Below, in pieces: positions 10,189 to 18,638 of a stretch of 64,000 nt of DNA (its first letter is position 1; each line of letters begins with the position of its first letter). The stretch lies in the NCBI GenBank assembly GCA_029246285.1, contig JAQWNW010000007.1:61327-125326 (forward strand), read 5' to 3'. The notes under the pieces are model-generated. The model saw only the letters and a program-made list of their open reading frames with translations. It had not been told where the DNA came from and ran no database searches. A program made the position numbers and the translations under genes. Source of the DNA: Paracoccaceae bacterium. Lineage in GTDB: Bacteria > Pseudomonadota > Alphaproteobacteria > Rhodobacterales > Rhodobacteraceae.

Positions 10189-11307
10189 CTAAGTTAGTAC
10201 GTTGGAATTTTTTAGTTCATCAATTTCTTGCTGATCCAAGCCAATTTCCTTCAATATTTCTTCACTATTCTTTCCAATCCCTCGAATTCTACCAGGTTTC
10301 GGGTTTGGTGTCCTACCGAACCTAGGCGCAGGAGATGCTTGGATAATACCATCTCGTTCAAAAAAAACCTCACGCTCAAGATTTGCTGGGTATTTTTTTG
10401 CTTCTTCTAGAGTTAATATTGGTGTCACGCACGCATCAGTACCTTCAAATATTTTAGACCATTCATCTCTAGATTTAGATTTAAAGATTTTTTCATAAGC
10501 TTTATTTTTTTCTGCCCAAGTAGTGCGGTCATTTTGTGTTACTAAATCTATTTCTGGTAATTTAACAATCTCCACCAATTCTGCAAAAAACTGAGGTTCT
10601 AAAGCACCAACAGAAATAAACTTTCCATCTGCACATTCATAACATCTATAAAAAGGTGCACCTCCATCTAGTAAGTTTGACTGCCTTTCGCCATCCGTCC
10701 AACTCCCTTTTGCAATCTGTTGATGAAATAAACCCATCATAGCTGGCACACCATCTACCATAGCTGCGTCTATAGTTTGCCCTTTGCCAGATAGTGCTCT
10801 CTCATACAATGCTGCTAAAATTCCAAAAATTAAAAACATTGATCCACCCCCATAATCTGCTACTAAATTTAAGGGAGGTATTGGTTTTTCACGATTTCCA
10901 ATGGCATGTAAAGCACCGGTTATTCCTAAGTAATTTATATCATGCCCAGCAGTTTTTGAAAGCATCCCAGATTGCCCCCAACCAGTCATTCGTCCATATA
11001 TTAATTCTTCATGACAATCACTTGGTCCAATTTGCAATCTTTCCATAACACCGGGCCTAAAACCTTCAATTAGAACATCGCTGTTATTAATTATTTTCTT
11101 TACGATTATTAACCCTTCAGTGGACTTTAAGTTAAGCGCGATTGATCTCTTGTTTCTTCTATTTATTTCAGTTGGATCTATGTCTGCTGATTTTCTGTCA
11201 ATTGTAATAACATCGGCTCCCAAATCAGCTAAGAGTTGACCAGCTAATGGACCAGGTCCAAGACCACTAAATTCAATAACTTTTAATGAATTCAGAGGAC
11301 CATTCAT
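10189..11307 (-). CDS. Family III CoA-transferase (CaiB/BaiF), alpha-methylacyl-CoA-racemase-like
   Basis: 372 aa. LKVIEFSGLGPGPLAGQLLADLGADVI and GFRPGVMERL motifs. ATGA overlap with the upstream SDR. Confidence 0.85.
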   Translation of the reverse strand: MNGPLNSLKVIEFSGLGPGPLAGQLLADLGADVITIDRKSADIDPTEINRRNKRSIALNLKSTEGLIIVKKIINNSDVLIEGFRPGVMERLQIGPSDCHEELIYGRMTGWGQSGMLSKTAGHDINYLGITGALHAIGNREKPIPPLNLVADYGGGSMFLIFGILAALYERALSGKGQTIDAAMVDGVPAMMGLFHQQIAKGSWTDGERQSNLLDGGAPFYRCYECADGKFISVGALEPQFFAELVEIVKLPEIDLVTQNDRTTWAEKNKAYEKIFKSKSRDEWSKIFEGTDACVTPILTLEEAKKYPANLEREVFFERDGIIQASPAPRFGRTPNPKPGRIRGIGKNSEEILKEIGLDQQEIDELKNSNVLT

Positions 11308-12065
11308 GGTAATCGAATTCCCGCATCTAATCTAATAACTTCCCCATTTAGATATTCATTTTCAATCATAAAACATGCTAAATGTGCTATCTCAGATGGA
11401 CTGCCTAATCTTTTTGGTAATAGCGGTTGATTAGATAAAGCTTCCTGAGCCTCTTCAGGTAATGAAGCTAGCATTGGTGTAATAATCAAACCCGGTGCAA
11501 TTGTATTCACCCTAATTCCATAACTTGCAAGATCTCTGGCCATCGGTAACGTTAAGCCTATAACCCCTGCTTTAGAAGCCCCATAGGCTGCCTGCCCTTT
11601 TTGACCATCATAACCAGCAACCGATGCCGTATTAATAATCACACCTGTTAAACCACTCTCATTAGGATCATTTTTTGATATTTTTTCCGCAGCAAGCCGA
11701 CTTACATTAAAGGTACCGTTCAAATTCACATCAACTATCTTTTTAAACAGATCAAGATCATGTGGACCCTCCCGACCAAGTGTTTTTACCGCCGCTGCGA
11801 TACCAGCAAAATTCAATACAACATTTAATTTCCCAAAACTACCCAAAGCATTATCAATGGCAGACTTTACATCAGTTTCACTTGTTACATCTGTTTTACA
11901 GAAAATCACTGCAGACCCCAATTCGCTACAAAGCTCTTCGCCCCGCTTTGTATCCATATCCAAAATAGCAGCTTTTCCTCCCTTTGAAACTATTGTTCTA
12001 ACAGTCGCCTCTCCTATACCAGAAGCTCCACCAGTCACTAAAGCACATGTCTCAATTAAATTCAT
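11304..12065 (-). CDS. SDR, 3-hydroxyacyl-CoA dehydrogenase type-2-like
   Basis: 253 aa. VTGGASGIGEAT, NTAS, YGASKAGVIGLT (YxxxK). Confidence 0.85.
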   Translation of the reverse strand: MNLIETCALVTGGASGIGEATVRTIVSKGGKAAILDMDTKRGEELCSELGSAVIFCKTDVTSETDVKSAIDNALGSFGKLNVVLNFAGIAAAVKTLGREGPHDLDLFKKIVDVNLNGTFNVSRLAAEKISKNDPNESGLTGVIINTASVAGYDGQKGQAAYGASKAGVIGLTLPMARDLASYGIRVNTIAPGLIITPMLASLPEEAQEALSNQPLLPKRLGSPSEIAHLACFMIENEYLNGEVIRLDAGIRLP

Positions 12066-12080
12066 TTTTTATCCTTTACT

Positions 12081-13319
12081 TTATTTATTGCTTCGCACCA
12101 CAACTTGACGTTCAACCATGTCATCAAATATTTCTAATGCTTTTGTCACAAATTCTAAATCATTGATATGACAGTTTAACTCGTGTAAATTTACATTATT
12201 TGGACAATTATCCTTGCATGATACCATAAATGTATCTAACCCGATTTGATCTCGCAAACCTCCTTCAAGCCTATCCCATTCTCCACAACCATCACGTGGC
12301 AATATCAAGTGCGTCTCTGAAGAAGCTTTTGCTAATTGAGCCATATAGCCTACTGCAACTTGCTCCCGTTCACTAGGTTTTAAAACTATGGAGCTAATCA
12401 ATCTATTATGTGCATGATAAGGGTGATTTTTCCATTTCTCAGGCACTTCTTGCCAACAGATCAAATCAACTAAATCATGACAACCAGGAGCACAAATCTG
12501 AGGGATACCATTTTGTCCTGCAGCAGTTAACCTACTTTCACCTGAAGACACCTCTGAGCCATGAATATGATTTGTAAATTCCTGAAGACACAAATCCATT
12601 ACGGCTACAAACGCTCCCTGTTCACATAAACTTTCAAATGCTCTACCCCCCATCCCAGTGGAATGGAAAATTGCCACTTCATAACCGCGCTCTTCTAGAG
12701 CTGGTTTCAAAAACTTTATATATTTCAGCGCTGACGTGCCCAAACTAGTCATTCCGACACATGGTATTTTTTCTTTTTTTATTGTTGTAGCTTTTGCTGC
12801 TCCAAGAACTGCCCCTGCAGCTTGTGCTAATGACGCCTCACAAATTGAATTTAAGCCATACAAACCACCGGCCCACAATATCATTTGAATATCTGGTGCC
12901 AAACGATCAGCAGGTATAAGAGGTGAAAAAGAAACCGTCGATACCACATATTTTGGGACACCCAATGGGAGGGCCATACACACATCCAAGGCTAAATCAG
13001 TTCCCATTGTTCCACCAAGTATTATAACGCCATCAAATTTTCTTTCCTGGTAGAGTTGCAAAGCGAGTAGAGATGATCCCTTAGCCATAATCTGCATTGC
13101 TTTATTTTCATCACCAGCATTTTTTGCATCGTCAATGGTTAACCCTGCCGCTTCAGCAATAGTTTGTTTGGAAATATCAGTTGGATCAATGGGATCTCCC
13201 AAGACACTAACGTCCATAGTTAAAATATTTCCACCTAGTTCAACAATTTTTTTTGATATAAATGAGAGCTCATCATTTTTTGTATCATAGGTACCAATTA
13301 CCAAAATTGTTTTTTTCAC
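12081..13319 (-). CDS. UPF0261 / Tm-1-like ATP-binding domain protein
   Basis: 412 aa. N-terminus KKTILVIGTYDTKNDELSFI is typical of UPF0261. GTG start with GGAGAA upstream. Confidence 0.75.
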   Translation of the reverse strand: MKKTILVIGTYDTKNDELSFISKKIVELGGNILTMDVSVLGDPIDPTDISKQTIAEAAGLTIDDAKNAGDENKAMQIMAKGSSLLALQLYQERKFDGVIILGGTMGTDLALDVCMALPLGVPKYVVSTVSFSPLIPADRLAPDIQMILWAGGLYGLNSICEASLAQAAGAVLGAAKATTIKKEKIPCVGMTSLGTSALKYIKFLKPALEERGYEVAIFHSTGMGGRAFESLCEQGAFVAVMDLCLQEFTNHIHGSEVSSGESRLTAAGQNGIPQICAPGCHDLVDLICWQEVPEKWKNHPYHAHNRLISSIVLKPSEREQVAVGYMAQLAKASSETHLILPRDGCGEWDRLEGGLRDQIGLDTFMVSCKDNCPNNVNLHELNCHINDLEFVTKALEIFDDMVERQVVVRSNK

Positions 13320-13365
13320 TATTTACTTCTCCTACACTGCAATAGTCGGTGATTTCACAAAGTTT

Positions 13366-14007
13366 TTAAAAACTCTCTATTAACTTTTTATAACTCCCTG
13401 AAGGATTCAACACGTCAAATTGAACACATGATAAACCGATATCTTCTGCTCCGTTTATATTTTTTCTTTGATCATCTACAAATATACAATCTTCAATCTT
13501 GAGATCTAGCCTTTCCAGGCAATCATAATATGCTCTTGGATCAGGTTTTAAAATATCTGTATATGTAGCGTCACAAATTACATCAAATTCATCCAAAAAT
13601 TGTAATTTTTTTCTAAACTCAGGGCCATAAAATAAATCTAATTCATTGGATAGTATAGCTAACCGAATTTCTTTGGATTTCAAATAAGCCAAGATATTTA
13701 AAAACTCTGGTCTTATGATAGAGGTGGGATCAGCACCACGGGCAGCCTTAACAAAATCGGACATTCTAGACCAGTCTGCATCAATTAATTTTGCCACCTC
13801 TTTAGTTCTGATAAACCAATAATCTCTTTCGGAAATATCCCCTCGCTGCATCGACGCCCACAATTGATCTTTTTTTACGTCAAATGGGCCAAGCCACTTT
13901 AATGTACCACTTTCAAGCCCTAGAGCCATTTCGGTCAAATGATGTGTTTCAAACATCGTTTTTGAAATGACACCTCCAAAATCAAATATTACTGCCTTTT
14001 TACCCAA
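13366..14007 (-). CDS. HAD-superfamily hydrolase
   Basis: 213 aa. DFGGV motif I (AVIFDFGGVISK), LSN motif II and a late DD motif. TTG start with AGGAG 8 nt upstream. Confidence 0.8.
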   Translation of the reverse strand: MGKKAVIFDFGGVISKTMFETHHLTEMALGLESGTLKWLGPFDVKKDQLWASMQRGDISERDYWFIRTKEVAKLIDADWSRMSDFVKAARGADPTSIIRPEFLNILAYLKSKEIRLAILSNELDLFYGPEFRKKLQFLDEFDVICDATYTDILKPDPRAYYDCLERLDLKIEDCIFVDDQRKNINGAEDIGLSCVQFDVLNPSGSYKKLIESF

Positions 14008-14144
14008 AAGCTAAACTCCTAAGTTTGATTATTAATCTTATTTCAGATTAGATTTCTCTCAATTAAATTCAAAATCTCATATAAATTCATATCTATTACT
14101 ATCTAATATTTGGTCACATTTGATCTTTTATAGAGCTTGTTAAG

Positions 14145-16124
14145 CTATTGAACTAAATTGTTATTTTTAAAATTAATAAATAACTCTTCTAACTCTTTTA
14201 GATCACTTTCCGAATTCAGTGAATAATATTGTATAAATACTTTAAGCCCATGGTTAATATATTTTACGATAAGTTCATCATTAACTTTGGCATTAGGGTT
14301 ATGGAGATGAAATTCTCTTGGTGCGGAAAGAATCAATGTCCAAAGACTTTGAGCGGTTAATTCGATATCATCAAAATCTAACATGCCCATATTTTTTTGT
14401 ATTTGCAGATAATCAAATATCCCTGATAAGGCTTTCAAAGGTCCCGATTCTTGATATTCTTGAGCAACTGAAGGATCTCTTTCAGCTTCGCCGATTATTA
14501 ATCTCGCTAACGAAAGTGTATCGCTCCTCAAAACAAATTTTGCATATGACCAGGAAAAATTCCATAAGGTTTGCACTAAACCATTACTATTTCTGTCTTG
14601 AAGTGGAGCTAGAATCTCAAAAGTGCCAATGTTTAAAACAGCAGATAATAATTTTGTCTTATTTCCAAAATATTTATATAATGTTGGTTTTGAAACACCT
14701 GCCCTATTGGCGATACATTCCATAGACGATCCTGAAAAACCGTTCTTGGAAAATTCTTTCAAGGCAGAATTCAATATCCTCCTCTTTTTATCTCTTTTCC
14801 TACTTTCCTTGGGCACATACTTCAAATTAGTAGCACAAATTAAAACCTGGTTCATAAACTTCATTACCAGTTTATTAAAATCTTCACCTGCCTCCAAATT
14901 ACAGACGTGACCTGCTTCAGCCAATACTTCGAATTGAATATCAGGTCTAATATTGTCAGCGTGCATCCTATTACTAACCGCTCTAATTTCACTTGGTGGT
15001 GCTAGTTTATCATATTCACCAGTCATCAATAAAACTGGACAACAAATTTTTGAAAAATCAAGCTTTTCAGTTGGATTTGTAAAACACCTCAATGCGTCTC
15101 GATAAGTCTTTGCGGAAATCTGATACATTGACTGCAACAATACATCTCTATTCAACAAGCTTGAATTTGGACCTGCAATGATATCAACAACATCTCTAGC
15201 GAAATCTTTAGGCTCTTTACCTTGATCCAAAGGAACCTCTCGAGAATTCCTAAAAGCCTCTCGCTCAGTTAAACCTGCCTCAGACATCCCTGTACAACCG
15301 CCTGATAAAACTAAACCGAGAAGTAGATCTCCATGACGCATTGCAAAACTAGCAGCTATCCAACTGCCATAACTTAACCCACATAGGATAATTTTTTTTG
15401 CCTTAAACTCTTTCATAACTTCCAAAATGTCTTGGCAATATGAGAGTATATCAGATTGATTGGATCCGAGTTGGCTGTCTCCATACCCCCTTAAATCAAT
15501 GGAAACACAAGGCACAACAAACCCTAGAGCCTTAAGTTGAGAATCCCAATTGCCTCGATTCCCTCCTATCCCATGCAGAAATATACAAATAACCTCAGAC
15601 TGAGAAACACCCGATGGAGAAACGCTTATACCAATTTTAGGCTTACTTAGGATTATTTTTTTTTGAATTTTGGCTGACTCAGTTTTTGGTGAATCTGTAC
15701 TTTCTACTTCTGGCTCAACTTCCAATAATGATTTCAAACCTTGTTTGAAAATTTGTTTCGTACCTTCACATACATCATTTAATCTTTGCACGTCCCCTTC
15801 AATATGTGCCTTCCAATTTACGATTGATCTTTTTCCCGAGGCTTTAACTGAAATAGAAGCCTCATAAACTTCCACTCCCTCTATTCCTTCCAACATTTTA
15901 TATCGCAATTCATAATCGGAGTTGCTCACATAAGTTAACTGCTCACGATAGATTTTTAAGTCGTTATGCGTATTAAAGCGCCTTATCAAAGAGCCATTAG
16001 ACCCCTTCTCAAAGATCATATTCTTCACCGCGGGGTGCCAATCATTTGAGAAATTCTTTAATCGCAACCAAATGCTATCCACATCTAGATTAAAGATTTT
16101 CCTGCAATTAACTTTTTTATACAT
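14145..16124 (-). CDS. Triple-domain fusion: SRPBCC ligand-binding domain + alpha/beta-hydrolase + TetR-family DNA-binding regulator
   Basis: 659 aa continuous ORF. Residues 1-135 are SRPBCC-like (WLRLKNFSNDWHPAV). Residues ~175-425 are alpha/beta hydrolase (FLHGIGGN oxyanion motif, GLSYGS nucleophile elbow, AGHVCNLE His). Residues ~445-659 are TetR (RRILNSALKEFSKNGFSGSSMECIANRAGVSKPTLYKYFGNKTKLL). Confidence 0.75.
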   Translation of the reverse strand: MYKKVNCRKIFNLDVDSIWLRLKNFSNDWHPAVKNMIFEKGSNGSLIRRFNTHNDLKIYREQLTYVSNSDYELRYKMLEGIEGVEVYEASISVKASGKRSIVNWKAHIEGDVQRLNDVCEGTKQIFKQGLKSLLEVEPEVESTDSPKTESAKIQKKIILSKPKIGISVSPSGVSQSEVICIFLHGIGGNRGNWDSQLKALGFVVPCVSIDLRGYGDSQLGSNQSDILSYCQDILEVMKEFKAKKIILCGLSYGSWIAASFAMRHGDLLLGLVLSGGCTGMSEAGLTEREAFRNSREVPLDQGKEPKDFARDVVDIIAGPNSSLLNRDVLLQSMYQISAKTYRDALRCFTNPTEKLDFSKICCPVLLMTGEYDKLAPPSEIRAVSNRMHADNIRPDIQFEVLAEAGHVCNLEAGEDFNKLVMKFMNQVLICATNLKYVPKESRKRDKKRRILNSALKEFSKNGFSGSSMECIANRAGVSKPTLYKYFGNKTKLLSAVLNIGTFEILAPLQDRNSNGLVQTLWNFSWSYAKFVLRSDTLSLARLIIGEAERDPSVAQEYQESGPLKALSGIFDYLQIQKNMGMLDFDDIELTAQSLWTLILSAPREFHLHNPNAKVNDELIVKYINHGLKVFIQYYSLNSESDLKELEELFINFKNNNLVQ

Positions 16125-16130
16125 TACTAC

Positions 16131-17435
16131 TCAACTACTTATTGGCGCCGTATCTGGTCGCCACATCGAAGTTCTAGCTGACACAGTATCTGATGGCATG
16201 TGATCTATTTCTTCATTTTCATATAATGACATAACAGACAAATAGTCCTCCATTATCTCCGAAGTGTAAGGCAACATTAATGCTCCACATCTACTATCGC
16301 GATACATGCGCTCCAAGGGTAACGATTTTAACATAGATTGCCCACCACATGTCCTAATTGCCAATGCGGCTAATTCTTGTACTCCATCCATCACCGCAAT
16401 ATGCGCACAATACAAGCGCATGACCTGATTTTTATTAGGAAAACCTTGTGCTTCCATCATTGCAGAAAACCACTGTACCCGCATAGACGTAAGCTGTTGA
16501 TACATTTTTCCAACACTTGCCCGTTTTGTCGGGTAAACTCTTCTATCAATTGGAGGTAAACCTTCTAATTCACCTTTAAGGTACTTAACCGTATAATCAT
16601 AAATTCCTTGAGCTTGACCCATATATGATGGCGTAAGTGTCGCCATCATTGCGGGCCAATGAGGTAAGGTCTTAGAAAACACACCAGGTGGCATCATAAG
16701 ATCTTGTTCTGAAACAAATACATCTTTCATTAACAAATCCATAGACGATGTGCCCCTCATCCCCATTGGATCCCATTCACCGACCACACTAAGGCCGGGA
16801 GAATCTTTATGAACCGCAAAATCCATTGTATCTTCATGACTTGGAGCTTTATTTGGAAAATGTTCTGTACAAACTATTGAGTAATAATCACAATGTCCTG
16901 CTAAAGACGCAAATTTTTTAAATCCATTAATGACCCAACCTCCATCAACCTTAACACAATTTGTTTTTATTGGATCAGAGGTCCAATTATTTCCGCCTTC
17001 TGATATTGGTTGTGAATATAATGCGTTCTGCTCAACTACGTTTTTAAACTGTTTTTCACGCATTTTTTGGAATTCTTTTTTTTGTTGAACAGTTAGGTTT
17101 GGCATTTCATACATAAAACGAGACCACAGCATTGACGATGTGTGCATATTAAATGTTAATGCAGTAGCCCCACAATATTTACCAATTTCAGCACCAATTG
17201 TAGCATACTCTGCTAAAGAGAACCCGAAGCCTCCATTCTCTTTTGGGATAACTAACTTTAGGAAACCATTATCAGCTAATTCCTGGTAATTTTGTTGTGG
17301 AAACGTCGCACTCTTATCATATTCCGCTGCACGCTCTGAAAAACCATTTTTTCCTAACTCATTAGCCAACCGTAACATTTTAATATGATCATTGGAAAAT
17401 TTTGAAATATCGTAATAAGTTTCAATTTCACTCAT
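16131..17435 (-). CDS. Acyl-CoA dehydrogenase-family flavoenzyme (possibly a group-D flavin monooxygenase)
   Basis: ACAD-like three-domain layout. Start moved to ATG 17435 (MSEIETYY) because GAGAGG sits 7 nt upstream; the track start is a TTG 15 nt further up. Confidence 0.8.
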   Translation of the reverse strand: MSEIETYYDISKFSNDHIKMLRLANELGKNGFSERAAEYDKSATFPQQNYQELADNGFLKLVIPKENGGFGFSLAEYATIGAEIGKYCGATALTFNMHTSSMLWSRFMYEMPNLTVQQKKEFQKMREKQFKNVVEQNALYSQPISEGGNNWTSDPIKTNCVKVDGGWVINGFKKFASLAGHCDYYSIVCTEHFPNKAPSHEDTMDFAVHKDSPGLSVVGEWDPMGMRGTSSMDLLMKDVFVSEQDLMMPPGVFSKTLPHWPAMMATLTPSYMGQAQGIYDYTVKYLKGELEGLPPIDRRVYPTKRASVGKMYQQLTSMRVQWFSAMMEAQGFPNKNQVMRLYCAHIAVMDGVQELAALAIRTCGGQSMLKSLPLERMYRDSRCGALMLPYTSEIMEDYLSVMSLYENEEIDHMPSDTVSARTSMWRPDTAPISS

Positions 17436-17459
17436 AATAATGCCTCTCAATTTTAATTT

Positions 17460-18506
17460 TTAACACAATTGACCTAACAATTTCCCATCCTCGACAACCA
17501 ATTTTCCGTCTAAAGCAATTGAACAGTTTTTCATTGGCAAATCAAAATGACCAAGAGTATATCTACCAGCATATTGATTTGAGCCAGTTGACCACAAAAA
17601 GTTTCCAGCCCAAGCTCTTAATTCCGTGCCTTGCACATCTTTCTTGTCGTAAAAAGCTAAAGATTCCCATCTGGCTTTTGGATTTACACCAAAACCAACA
17701 TGACTAAGACCGTATGCTATAGGATCTTCCCAAGCTTCAAGATATTCTCGAAAAAGGTCTGCATCCAAATTATCTCCATAAACATCGGTAACAAAGTCAT
17801 TTTTAATCTCGAAAGATACTTGATTTCTAAGATATTGTTTAAATGTCAAATTTACATCACCAACATCCATCACGATCTTTCCATTGACTGTATCTTTCGC
17901 TGGAAATGCTAAACACAATCCTCCTGGCCAATGCGCGACTCCACCAGGATTAGTAGAAAAACCAGGTGTCCCACCACAAGGTGCTCCAGTTAAGTCAATC
18001 ATTAAATCTGTTCCAGCCTTACTAGTTACGTGCATTTGAGTTGCTGAATTTAACATCTGAATACCAAGTTCAACCTTGGATTGGAGCTCTGCTTGTGGCT
18101 CTGTTCTCTCAAGAATTTCTGGGTGCTCGTTGCAAATTGTAAATAGACGAGTACCACTCTTCTCGATTTCTTCCCATTCCTCCGAATGGATTAAACCTTC
18201 GACTGTAACATCAACAATAATCTCAATATGCTTTAGTGCTTCAATTACGTGACGCTTTTGCATTATAGCGTTACAAGCACCAGTTGACTTGACCGGAACA
18301 ACCGCTGTTTGTTCAGGTGTTGGTAACACGATAGTTGAATATTCAGCATTCAGCTCGTAACAAGCCAGTGAGGCCAATTTAATCAATACTGGTCTAGATT
18401 GACTTTCGGCCAGAACCACCAATTTTGTTCCAGATTTAACCCCATTTAAGCTTAAAGCTCGTTTAAAAGAAGCAATCCATTTCCCTTCAATAATCTCCTG
18501 CATCAT
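17460..18506 (-). CDS. NicX-like (2,5-dihydroxypyridine 5,6-dioxygenase family, M29-peptidase fold)
   Basis: 348 aa. Blocks HWPGGLCLAFP, MDVGDVNLTFKQY, YGLSHVGFGVNPKARW, AGNFLWSTGSN and GHFDLPMKNCSIALDGKLVV match my recollection of P. putida NicX in the same order and length. Confidence 0.65.
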   Translation of the reverse strand: MMQEIIEGKWIASFKRALSLNGVKSGTKLVVLAESQSRPVLIKLASLACYELNAEYSTIVLPTPEQTAVVPVKSTGACNAIMQKRHVIEALKHIEIIVDVTVEGLIHSEEWEEIEKSGTRLFTICNEHPEILERTEPQAELQSKVELGIQMLNSATQMHVTSKAGTDLMIDLTGAPCGGTPGFSTNPGGVAHWPGGLCLAFPAKDTVNGKIVMDVGDVNLTFKQYLRNQVSFEIKNDFVTDVYGDNLDADLFREYLEAWEDPIAYGLSHVGFGVNPKARWESLAFYDKKDVQGTELRAWAGNFLWSTGSNQYAGRYTLGHFDLPMKNCSIALDGKLVVEDGKLLGQLC

Positions 18507-18530
18507 GTCAATGATCCTCCATATAACTAC

Positions 18531-18585
18531 ATTACTTTACTAAACGGTGTAGTAAAGTAATATTTTTGCTTAGTAGTTTTACTAA
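18531..18585. promoter_or_regulatory. Two inverted repeats (candidate operators) in the divergent promoter region
   Basis: ATTACTTTACTA (18531-18542), a 7-nt spacer, then TAGTAAAGTAAT (18550-18561), perfect 12-bp arms. Next comes TTAGTA-GTTT-TACTAA (18570-18585). Both share the TAGTA/TACTA half-site. Confidence 0.4.
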
Positions 18586-18638
18586 TGATTCAAAATACAT
18601 TATCATAAGATCCGGAAACTAGAGAGATCTTAAATTGG

